From assembly GCA_963705305.1 (NCBI GenBank), contig OY970067.1:896001-960000 (forward strand): a stretch of DNA of 64,000 bases, given 5' to 3'. The position numbers were made by a program, and so were the translations under genes. The stretch is from an uncultured Methylomirabilota bacterium (GTDB taxonomy: Bacteria > Methylomirabilota > Methylomirabilia > Methylomirabilales > 2-02-FULL-66-22). The notes below the pieces were generated by a model. That model did not search any database and was not told the origin of the DNA. It saw only the letters and a list, made by a program, of their open reading frames with translations. This document shows positions 37,447-46,378 of the stretch, one piece after another (within the stretch, counting starts at the first letter, position 1; every line of letters begins with the position of its first letter).

Positions 37447-40400
37447 GTGCCTATGGATCATAAGTCAGATCTAGGAGCTAAGATCCGCGCAGGTCGAGCC
37501 ATCCTCATCGCTGGCACCGGTGTCTCTATCGCAGCCAGCGTCGATGCTAGGACGAATCGATCACATCCCCAGGCATCGTGGGCCGGACTTTTGGAAGACG
37601 GGTTGGAGTGGCTCAAAGAGCACAAGCACATGGACCCTGAGGAGGCCGATGCCCACTTGAAGCTGCTCAGGACGAATCCGAAGACCCACCGTTTCATTTC
37701 CGCAGCCGAAGACATTACGGTCCGAATGGGTGGCGCTTCGTCGGATCATTTTAGGGACTGGCTTGCGCGAACCATTGGCACCATCGAAGGTCACGATCGG
37801 AGTGTTCTCGATGCCTTGCATGAGGTTCGACAGCATGGAAATCTACTAGCCACGACCAACTACGACAGCCTACTGCTTGGTGATTCGCCGACGCTCAACC
37901 CCATCACTTGGCAAGAAACCGACGCCCTCATCGGCGCGGTCCGAGACGGGCAGACGGACAAGATCATCTTCCTCCACGGCTGGTGGCGCAAACCCGAGTC
38001 CGTTATCCTCGATTGGAGATCGTATAACCAGATCACGCGCAACGATGTCTACCGCGAAGATTTGGCGGCATTCTGGAATACGAATACGTGGGTGTATGTC
38101 GGCTGCGGCGTCAATGGCCTGTCCGATCCCGACTTCGGTCTTCTGTTGGAACGCTACGGCGAGCGCGCTCGTAATGCCCAGCATTGGGACTTCTGTTTGG
38201 TGTGCGGAGAAGCTCAGCGGTGTGAGTTTCAGGCACACTTCGATACGTGCAGATTCAACATCCGCGCCGTCTCGTATGGCGAGAGCCGTTCGGACTTGTC
38301 CGCCTATCTCCGCTCGCTCCTGCAAGCACCAATCAACACAACGATTCCGGCACCGGCAGATCCCCTACGCGATGAACTGACCAAAGACTTTCCGCTTCAA
38401 GAGTACTACAAGATCACGACATCCCTGACACCATTCCCTGGTCTCGGTCATTTCAAGGAGGAGGACGCGCGGCTGTTCTTTGGCCGCACAGCCGAGACGC
38501 TGAGGCTCTGGCGAGCCGTGCAGGGGTTTCCTTTGGTGCTTCTATACGGCCAGTCCGGTGTTGGTAAGTCCTCGCTCCTCCGCGCAGGCTTTGTTCCGCG
38601 CGTCCCACCCGATACCAAGCTAGAATGCCTCACCCGAAACAAGTCTGTCGGATACCACAAACAACTGGCCTCGCTTCTGGCCGCACTCGGCCGAGGACGG
38701 ACGGTGGTGGTGCTTGACCAATTGGAGGAAATCTACATCGATAGGGGGGACGACTGGAGGAGTGAAGCAGCTGAATTGTGGCAGACACTGGCCAAGGGAC
38801 TATCCGACCACCCGTTTTTGACGACCCTCTTATCGTTTCGTAAGGAATATTATGCGGACGTACGGGATTCCCTCAACCAGCACGAGATCTCTTGGAGAAG
38901 CGAGCAGGAGATACACCTTTTGCCGCTCAATGCCGAAGGGATTCGCGAAGCCATTGAAGGGGTTGCGAAAAATCAGTATTTGCAGAATCTTTTTCACCTA
39001 AGGGTCGGCGACGGTATGGCCGACGCCCTGGTGGCCGACTTACTCGACGACGAAAGCTTAGAATCGCCCATTGGACCCCTCCTGCAGTATCAGCTAAGCA
39101 AGCTGTGGGACGATGCCCGGTCGAAACGCCGAAGCGACGCCGACTGGATCGACCTTAGCCTCGATCAGTATAGGTCCCTGCGCAGCAGGACGCTCGATGA
39201 TCTGCTTGATGATCAGCTGGCTGAAGTTGCATCCGCATGGCCCACATTTGTGACCAACGGCCTAGCGTTGGATGTGCTGCATTCCTACACAACCGACCTG
39301 GACACCGCCAAGGCTCAGGTCGAGCAAGACGTTGAGAACCGCTACAGCCACATTGAAGGCATCCCAGACTTCTTCGCGTGGTTGACGAAGAACCTGCTCT
39401 TGCTACTGCACGATGGGACTAGTGAGAGACGAACTGTTCGGCTTGCACATGACTGCCTCGCGCCCGTGATTCGTCGACGCTTTCAATGTTCGAATGCGCC
39501 CGGACAGCGAGCCGCTAGACTCGTGAAGGCCAAGCCCGGGGAGGTGACGTTCAGTGAGTCTGACGTTGAGACGATCCGCAAGGGTCGACTTGGCATGGGC
39601 AAGATCGATGCTGAGGTCATGCTCCAGGTGGAACGAGACGCGTCGAAATACCGCGATCAGCGGCGGCGGCGAGTCCACGACGCGATCCAGAACGCGGAAG
39701 TGTGCCTACAACAGCTGCGATTCAAACAAAGCTTGAGACACCTCCAGGAGGCCGTCTCAGTTGGAGAGCCTGATCAGAGGATCTGGGACGTGGCTCTGGA
39801 GTTGACGTATCCATTGAGGGATCTCGATTGGACAAGCGAGTTGGAGGAGACGATCGCCTTGCTAGGAGAGCACGGCTCGAGGCCGCTGGCCGAAAGCGCA
39901 ACGGTGGACCGGTTCTACCCAGTGATGGTCTACGTCACGGGCGGCGACTTCAAAATGGGGAGCGAGGACGAACTAGCCTACGAGGACGAAGGACCCGTCC
40001 ACGACGTTCATCTGAGCAGCTTCCTCATGTCTGCGACGCCGGTCACGTGGTGGCAGTTTGGCCTGTTCTGTCTGCGGACCGACCGCCCGCTTGCCAGCGA
40101 CGCCGGATTCGGACGAGGAGAAAGGCCAGCGATCAACGTGAAGTGGCTCGATGCCGTTGACTATTGTATTTGGCTGACGAAGACAGTAGGGGAAGTCGGA
40201 GGGAAACAGCTGCAGCAGGTCTACACGAGAGACGGAAAGAACGTAACAGCCGACTTCGACCAGAACGGCTTCCGCCTGCCTACGGAGGCTGAATGGGAAT
40301 ACGCTGCGAGAGAGATGGGTCAAACCAAGCGCTTTGGTAACGGAATGGATGTGGCTGATCCGGCACAGATGAATTTCGACGCCGGGCATGAACTAAATGA

Positions 40401-40731
40401 ACGGACGCCGGGGTGGTGCAGGCAAGGTAAGTCGCTCGACATGACGACCGTAGTCAGAAATTATAAGCCCAATGCCTTGGGATTGTACGACATGAGCGGT
40501 AACGTGTTCGAGTGGTGCTGGGATTGGTGGAGCAAGGGAGACGACACTCCCTTTTACCGCACGAAAGACGCAGCGTGCGATCCACTAGATCCAACGTCTA
40601 AAGAGCGCAGAGTGGTTCGCGGAGGGTCATGGCAAAGTACCGCCTTCCTTTGCCGGTGTTCGTACCGATGGAGGTTCAATCCAGCGCATAGGTTCAGTAA
40701 TCTCGGATTCCGGGTCGTTCGCCGGCCGTGA
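37447..40731 (+). CDS. SIR2-like domain + STAND-type P-loop NTPase + C-terminal FGE-sulfatase (CLec) domain
   Basis: AGTGVS, ASW.GLL, TTNYD.LL, LHG, VGCG..GLSDP; PFPGL..F...DA.LFFGR, GQSGVGKSS, LDQLEE, LAHD; RLPTEAEWEYAAR, PN.LGLYDMSGNV.EW, RGGSW, GFRVV. Confidence 0.9.
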   Translation: MPMDHKSDLGAKIRAGRAILIAGTGVSIAASVDARTNRSHPQASWAGLLEDGLEWLKEHKHMDPEEADAHLKLLRTNPKTHRFISAAEDITVRMGGASSDHFRDWLARTIGTIEGHDRSVLDALHEVRQHGNLLATTNYDSLLLGDSPTLNPITWQETDALIGAVRDGQTDKIIFLHGWWRKPESVILDWRSYNQITRNDVYREDLAAFWNTNTWVYVGCGVNGLSDPDFGLLLERYGERARNAQHWDFCLVCGEAQRCEFQAHFDTCRFNIRAVSYGESRSDLSAYLRSLLQAPINTTIPAPADPLRDELTKDFPLQEYYKITTSLTPFPGLGHFKEEDARLFFGRTAETLRLWRAVQGFPLVLLYGQSGVGKSSLLRAGFVPRVPPDTKLECLTRNKSVGYHKQLASLLAALGRGRTVVVLDQLEEIYIDRGDDWRSEAAELWQTLAKGLSDHPFLTTLLSFRKEYYADVRDSLNQHEISWRSEQEIHLLPLNAEGIREAIEGVAKNQYLQNLFHLRVGDGMADALVADLLDDESLESPIGPLLQYQLSKLWDDARSKRRSDADWIDLSLDQYRSLRSRTLDDLLDDQLAEVASAWPTFVTNGLALDVLHSYTTDLDTAKAQVEQDVENRYSHIEGIPDFFAWLTKNLLLLLHDGTSERRTVRLAHDCLAPVIRRRFQCSNAPGQRAARLVKAKPGEVTFSESDVETIRKGRLGMGKIDAEVMLQVERDASKYRDQRRRRVHDAIQNAEVCLQQLRFKQSLRHLQEAVSVGEPDQRIWDVALELTYPLRDLDWTSELEETIALLGEHGSRPLAESATVDRFYPVMVYVTGGDFKMGSEDELAYEDEGPVHDVHLSSFLMSATPVTWWQFGLFCLRTDRPLASDAGFGRGERPAINVKWLDAVDYCIWLTKTVGEVGGKQLQQVYTRDGKNVTADFDQNGFRLPTEAEWEYAAREMGQTKRFGNGMDVADPAQMNFDAGHELNERTPGWCRQGKSLDMTTVVRNYKPNALGLYDMSGNVFEWCWDWWSKGDDTPFYRTKDAACDPLDPTSKERRVVRGGSWQSTAFLCRCSYRWRFNPAHRFSNLGFRVVRRP

Positions 40732-40827
40732 GCTCACTTTATCCCTGCATTGTCTGCTTGACGTGCGAGTCGGGTGGTCGTGGCACCGTACCTCAGCCCT
40801 CTCCCCGGACAGCGATGTGTGATCGTC

Positions 40828-41862
40828 ATGGATTTCTCGAGAGCTTCGTTTGATAGACACAAGCACGTTTTTGTGTCGCTAAATGATCATTGCAACAGGC
40901 GATGCACCTATTGTTACCTGACTGAGGAATCACTATCTCGCTCGAAGCCGGTTGACGCGTCGGCGTTAATCCGTGGTCTGACTCGTCTATATAAAGAGCA
41001 TGAGTTTAGGCTCGTCACAATCGCTGGTGGCGAGCCCGGCCTCGTGTCTAACGTCTCGACGGTGGTTGAGGCAATAGCCGATATCGGGTACAGCGTCATT
41101 ATTAACACGAATGGCACGTTGGGCCCTAAAGGTATTCGTGAGATTCGGAAGTGCAACATAAAGGCAATATCCTTCAGCCTTGATAGTTGTGATAGAGGCG
41201 TCAACGACCGGCTGCGTTTCTCTGGCAGCTGGGACCTGGTTCAGAAAGGCGTGCTGCGTTGCAAGGAGGAAGGAATTCCGGTACGAATCTCGGCTGTGGT
41301 GTGCACGCTGAATCAGCACGAGGTGTCTCGCCTGTTCGAGTGGTGTAACGCCGTGGGTGTTGAGGTGTTGAACATCCACGAGTTGGACATTTCGGTAGAT
41401 CCGCAGTTTCTCGGGCCACTGAAACTGTCGCCGGCTGATTGGCGAGAGTTGGTGCGCAAGCTAGTGGTTGAGTTACGCGACAAACAAAGTTACACCGCGC
41501 TGAGAATGCCGATTTCGTACCTTACAGAGTTGGAGTCGAAGCGCATCGCTGAACATCAGCTGTCATGTCCCGCGACACACAACGACACGTTGTGCGTGTC
41601 GCCACATCTGTCGACGTATCGGTGTCCCTTGCTGATAAATCGGCGCAAAGTATCGTACAAGGAGCTCGACGATGCATTGGAGACGGAGCCATTGGACGGA
41701 TTGGAAGCGAACTATGGCTCCGCGCGCTGTCCGTTGTCCGGAGCGGGAGGCGGCGATGCACCTGGGCTGATCGATGCGTGCAAGTTGGTAAAAGTGACAA
41801 TCAACCGAGCCGGCGGTGCTTCGAATACACCGATGTGGGCTGACATCCTAGGACAGTTCTAG
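40828..41862 (+). CDS. Radical SAM protein with C-terminal Cys-rich (Twitch/SPASM-like) extension
   Basis: CNRRCTYC, GGEP, NTNG, SLDS; further Cys residues CPA..LCV..RCP..CP..CK. Confidence 0.88.
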   Translation: MDFSRASFDRHKHVFVSLNDHCNRRCTYCYLTEESLSRSKPVDASALIRGLTRLYKEHEFRLVTIAGGEPGLVSNVSTVVEAIADIGYSVIINTNGTLGPKGIREIRKCNIKAISFSLDSCDRGVNDRLRFSGSWDLVQKGVLRCKEEGIPVRISAVVCTLNQHEVSRLFEWCNAVGVEVLNIHELDISVDPQFLGPLKLSPADWRELVRKLVVELRDKQSYTALRMPISYLTELESKRIAEHQLSCPATHNDTLCVSPHLSTYRCPLLINRRKVSYKELDDALETEPLDGLEANYGSARCPLSGAGGGDAPGLIDACKLVKVTINRAGGASNTPMWADILGQF

Positions 41863-42032
41863 GGTGCGTCTTGCCCGAATAGTTCTCCGACAGCAGCTCG
41901 CAGTGTGTTACCTGGATCCGTGTTCGCGCGCACCGAGGCGCCTACCCCGTGCGTCCAGCGCTCGGGAGACCTCATCGACCGCGTCGAGCACGTTCTGCGC
42001 GAAATCAGTAATCCGGGACGTTGCCAAGCAAT

Positions 42033-42580
42033 TCACGGAGCGGCCGTGAGCAGTCGCTCCCACCGCGCGCGCTCCACGCGGCCGCGCGCTACCGCCTGGG
42101 ACACCGCCTGGGGGGAGACCCCGAGGACGGGAGCCCGGGGCCCCGCGGGGTGCCCGCCCACCGCCACCCAGCGGGAGGCGATGCCGGCCCGGGCGCGCGC
42201 CACCGCGCCGGGGCCCCCCCGCCAGGGCAGCCCGCCCCAGACCGCCCTGGCGGCAGCCCCGGGCCGTGCGGGGCGCCCCCCGGAGGGCGGGTCTGCGGAC
42301 CGGGGCGGCCGACGCCCCCGCCGGCTGCCGCTGCGCCGCAAACGCCGCCCGGCCGCGGATCCGCGCATCCCCGCGATCCGCCGCGCGCGGGCGGGGGCCG
42401 CACTGCCCAAGGCTGGTCCGCGTGTCTCGCCAGGCCCGGGGGCCCGTTCCCCCGAGCGCGCTGTGGCCGGTCCAGGGGCAGCGGGCGAGCGTCCGGAGCG
42501 CGGGCACGCCGTTCGCGCGGCGCGGGTGGAGGTGCAGGTAGCGGACGCGGTCCCGGAGGGAGGGCGCCGCCGCCACCACG
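42033..42580 (-). pseudogene. Y1 (IS200/REP-associated) tyrosine transposase remnant, C-terminal half with HTH
   Basis: VRYLHL.P.RA..V..L..L...PWTGHSAL and LGVS..AVS.AV.RG; homologous to 49600-50040. Confidence 0.7.
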
Positions 42581-42658
42581 AAGGACGTGTCGCGGTTCTG
42601 GGGAACGCCCGATGATTATAAAGGCTGTGTTCGGAGGACGAAACCCTGTGGGGCCAAC

Positions 42659-43723
42659 CTAATTATGAGCGATTTCTTTGAGGGAAATGGGTAACACTCT
42701 GTGGTTCTGAGTGATGCTTATGACCCCGTGTTTTTGTAACCAGGCTTCCACCGCCAGCCGCCGGGCCGTTCCGGCGTGACGGGGGGTGCAATCCGTCTGG
42801 GCCTCCATGAGCGTCCGGGTCAGGGCATTGATCTCCTCGAAGACCTCCCGTCGCTTGCGGCGAGTATACGCCTTCAGGGCTGGCCTGGCATCCTGAAACA
42901 CCCGGCAGGCCACGTCCCCCTGGAGAGAGCGACGGCGGCGATGGTTCAGGTCATGCGCCAAGAGGGCCGCCCAGCTCTGCACTTGGGACTCCGGGATCGG
43001 ACCGCTGGCGCGGAGCTTCGCCACCAGCGGCGTCTTGAGTTCCCGCACCGCGCGTTCCATCCCGCCGGTGTCGGGCGGATAATGCGGGGGCGAGTTGAGT
43101 GGCAGGACCCCGTACCGGGCCAGCACCTCCTCGACCGCGTGCTGATTGAGATTGCCCCCGTTGTCCCGCTTGAGCACGAGCGGCGGGCCATGCTGCACGA
43201 AGAGCTGTTCCAGGCGAAGCGCCACGGTCTCTCCTAAGATCCGCTCCCCCACCCAGGGGGGGAACTTGTAGCGCGAGGCGAGATCCTGCACCTGCTGGAG
43301 GCGCAGGAGAGGCGAACTCCCTCGCGCCAGTTCCGCGTCGTCCAGGGACCAGACCAAGCCGGGTACGTGCCAGGTGATGTGGCGGCAGGCGGCCTGGCGC
43401 TGCTGGGCCCGCTGCCGCCGCAGCGTCGCGGTCAGCGCCTGCAGCGTGCGGCGGGAGACCTGCGGGTGGAACTGCCGGTACACCGCCCCGACGCCTCGGC
43501 TGCGCCGGCGGCCGTGGTGCAGGCGGGCTACCTCCCCGCGCAGCTCCTCGAGGGTCAGGGGGGCCACCTTCTTGGGCCCTGGCCGGAGCCGGGCGGGCTG
43601 GCCGCGCTCCAGGCGCTGCTTCCACCGCCGGAAGGTCCTATAGGGCACCCCCAGGACCCGGCAGAGGCGCTCGTAGGGCCAGCGCACGTCGTGCTTCAGC
43701 TGGGTGAAGGTCGGGATCAGCAT
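42659..43723 (-). pseudogene. Integrase-core (rve) transposase orfB, degraded
   Basis: WSLD, DLASRY, G.PL.LK.DNG, NSP...P...G..ER...E.K, LN...R..L.G. Confidence 0.75.
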
Positions 43724-43733
43724 CGCGGCCACC

Positions 43734-44069
43734 TCAGGGGTTTTTTTTATCCGGCTGCGCGAGCACCTGCCGGAGCCGCTCCGTCTGCTGCAGGACGGTG
43801 AGCTGGGCCTGCAGCTCCTGGGTCTGGCGTCGGAGGGCCGCCTTCTCCAGGTCGTGCGGCTGCGCCGACCGCCCCTGGCCCCGGTTGCCCAGGGCCGCGA
43901 CCATCGCCGCCAGGGCCCGGCGCTCCCACTTGGAGTCCGTCTTGCGGGAGACCCCCAGCTGCCGGGCGGCTTCCTGGGCACTCACCACCCCGCTCCGCGC
44001 CTGCATGATCAGCTGCGCCCGTTGCCGGGCCAGGGCTTGCTGGTGGGGACTGGCCGTCGGCTCGCGCAT
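43734..44069 (-). CDS. IS-associated HTH protein (orfA-like)
   Basis: SA.EAARQLGVSRKT..KWE.RAL; ends at A-rich AAAAAAAACCC, a possible frameshift site into the downstream integrase-core ORF. Confidence 0.65.
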   Translation of the reverse strand: MREPTASPHQQALARQRAQLIMQARSGVVSAQEAARQLGVSRKTDSKWERRALAAMVAALGNRGQGRSAQPHDLEKAALRRQTQELQAQLTVLQQTERLRQVLAQPDKKNP

Positions 44070-45633
44070 CGCGTCCTCCCGCCCCGCGGGCCTTCTCTAC
44101 TTGGTGGGCGGCGGTGGGGCTTTCGATTCCTGGAGCTTGGTGAGCCGCTGCTCCAGTCGGGCCAGGCGGCTCTGCTGCTGCAGGGCTTGCCGCGCGAGCA
44201 GGCGCTCCAGCTTCGGGCTCAGCGCGGGGCCCGGGTCGCGGCGCGTCGGCGCCGCCAGCGCCTGGAGCATCGCTGCTAGCGCCCGCTGTTCCCACTGGGC
44301 GAGCACCTTCGGGCTGATCGCCAGCTCCTGGCAGACCTCCCCCGGGCGCCGCCGCTCGGTCCAGAGCGACAGCACCGCCTGCACGCGCTGCTGGGCATTG
44401 TATCGCAGCGGGTCCGGTTTGGCTGGGATTTCCGTGCTCACGGGCCCCTCCTTCCAGGTCGTAGGTCACCTCCTGCTGTGGTCGCGATTCCTCGCCATCG
44501 ACGAGCATCTTCACGCGGCCCTTCTCCGCCCGGATCACCACCGACTGCTCGCCCAGCCGGCCCACCATGTAGAAGGGGCTCTGGGGCTGCCCGCGGAGCG
44601 CGAGCTCGAGCACGTTCTCCTGGATGCCCCGCTCGATCACCTGCCGGAGCTCCTGGGCGATGCCGAAGAAGCGATCCGCCGGGCAGAGCCCCTCCAGGGC
44701 CTGGTGGGGCCGCCGGTGGTTGTCGTGCGTCCCCCAGAGCCGGATCCGCTCGCCGGCCGCCTCGAAGCTCTCGAACTGGGCGCGCGCCAGGAACTCCTCC
44801 CAGATCGTCTTCCAGAAGCGCTCCAGCTTGCCCAGGGTCATGGGGTGGTGCGGGCGGCTCTTGATGTGGTGCACCCGATCCTTCCGGAGCTCCGCCTCGA
44901 ACCGGGTGGTCCCGCGCCAGCTGGAGAACTGCCGGCCCTGGTCGGAGAGCAGCTCCTTGGGGACCCCGTACTCCGCCACCGCCCGGCGGTACACTTCCAG
45001 GACGTGCTCCGCCGTCTGGCTGCGGAAGACGTCCAGCCCCACCACGTAGCGGGAGTGGTCGTCGAGGAAGCCGATCAGGTAAGCGTTCTTGCCGCCCAGG
45101 CGGAAGGTGAAGATGTCGGTCTGCCAGAGCTGGTTCGGCGTGGCGCGCTCGAAGAAGCGCGGTCGGGCCGGGTTCCGCTGGGGTTTGGGGCGTGGCTTCT
45201 TGAGGAGCTGGTGCGCGTGCAGGGTGCGGCGCACCGTCTCCCGGCTCACCGGCAGGCACAGCACGCGCCGCAGGAACTGGCTGATCTTCTGGATCCCCGC
45301 CTCGGGGTGGCGCCGCTTGAGGGCGACGACCTCCGCCTTCACCGCCGGGGCCACTTTCGGGCGCTGCCGGTGCGGCCGTGTCGGCTTCGCCTGCAGGCCC
45401 GCTTCCCCCTCGGCGCGATACCGGCGCACCCACGCCCCGAGCGTACTGAAGCCGACGCCGAGTTCGCGGGCGACCTGCTTGGGGGGGAACCCTTCCTCCA
45501 GGCAGAGCTGCACCGCTTTGCGCCGGACCTCGAACGGGTGGACGTGGGGGTGCGCCCCACCCGCCCGCCGCGTTGCCTTCCGCGGCCCCCGGCTCTGCTT
45601 CCGCCTCCCTCCTGCCTTGCCGATCCTCTCCAT
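43747..45633 (-). CDS. IS481-family DDE transposase (HTH + rve), degraded, with a long C-terminal tail overlapping downstream ORFs
   Basis: PNQLWQTDI, FLDDHSRY, SDQG.QF, HP.TLGKLERF, N..RPHQ.L. Confidence 0.85.
   Translation of the reverse strand: MERIGKAGGRRKQSRGPRKATRRAGGAHPHVHPFEVRRKAVQLCLEEGFPPKQVARELGVGFSTLGAWVRRYRAEGEAGLQAKPTRPHRQRPKVAPAVKAEVVALKRRHPEAGIQKISQFLRRVLCLPVSRETVRRTLHAHQLLKKPRPKPQRNPARPRFFERATPNQLWQTDIFTFRLGGKNAYLIGFLDDHSRYVVGLDVFRSQTAEHVLEVYRRAVAEYGVPKELLSDQGRQFSSWRGTTRFEAELRKDRVHHIKSRPHHPMTLGKLERFWKTIWEEFLARAQFESFEAAGERIRLWGTHDNHRRPHQALEGLCPADRFFGIAQELRQVIERGIQENVLELALRGQPQSPFYMVGRLGEQSVVIRAEKGRVKMLVDGEESRPQQEVTYDLEGGAREHGNPSQTGPAAIQCPAARAGGAVALDRAAAPGGGLPGAGDQPEGARPVGTAGASSDAPGAGGADAPRPGPRAEPEAGAPARAASPAAAEPPGPTGAAAHQAPGIESPTAAHQVEKARGAGGRDARADGQSPPASPGPATGAADHAGAERGGECPGSRPAAGGLPQDGLQVGAPGPGGDGRGPGQPGPGAVGAAARPGEGGPPTPDPGAAGPAHRPAADGAAPAGARAAG
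44097..44441 (-). CDS. IS-associated HTH protein
   Basis: AVLSLWTERR.P.EVC.EL.I...L.QW..RAL..ML.AL. Confidence 0.65.
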   Translation of the reverse strand: MSTEIPAKPDPLRYNAQQRVQAVLSLWTERRRPGEVCQELAISPKVLAQWEQRALAAMLQALAAPTRRDPGPALSPKLERLLARQALQQQSRLARLEQRLTKLQESKAPPPPTK

Positions 45634-46378
45634 GGGTCACACTCCTTTCGGTTCCCCCGGGGAACCTCGGTGTCGGAGTGTCACCCATTTTCCTCACGGA
45701 CTTTTGCTCATGATCTGGTCGTTAGCCCACTTATCAATTATTGGAGTGCACCGAAATTTTGCTCCGCTTGACCTTGTTCAAGATTCTTGAAGACCCAGCC
45801 CTTATGAATGCCTTCCGCGACTCTGATCGACTTGATAAGTATTTCTGCGGCTAACATGCATGGCGGGGATGCTTTACGAACTGCGGGTCAGGCAAAGCCT
45901 CCCAACATTCATACCAGCCAAATCCTCTCCTCCCAGTGCGGGTGCGCAGATTCGCCCTGTCCGGGGAGCCGCGCCGGACTCGAACGGGGCACCCCATCAG
46001 GCGGATAGCCAGGAATACCCTCCGAATTTCCGCCCGCGCCCCCTCTATAGGGCCGGGGGGAAATTAAAAATCGCTATGGCCTGAACCCAGCCGCTTCTGG
46101 CGCTGGCGTTAGGAGCCGGCTTGAGCTAGCATTGCGGGCGGACCAATCAATGGGGCCAGGCCAGTCCCGCCTAGATCGGGCGACCTGAAAGGAATGGCAT
46201 TCTCTGCGAAAACGCCGCAGGAGGCAGAACGGCAGGCGAAAGCATATCTGGAATACTCCAAACCAGTGAATTGATAGAGGATAGGAACCAATAAACCCGA
46301 GGCGGATGCCCAATGAACGGCAGTGAAGGCAGGGGACATGCTCCACACCGATGGGAGGGTGAGGAGGAGGGCAACACA

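Larger units (their letters stand above)
42647..45731 (-). mobile_element. Composite IS481-like element carrying four ORFs
   Basis: Imperfect terminal IRs (TGTGGGGCCAACCTAATTATGAGC vs AGTGGGCTAACGACCAGATCATGAGC); two integrase-core ORFs and two HTH ORFs. Confidence 0.7.

Noticed and set aside
40610..40731. Diversity-generating retroelement targeting the FGE domain
   Set aside because: I found no template repeat (adenine-variant copy) and no reverse transcriptase in the window.
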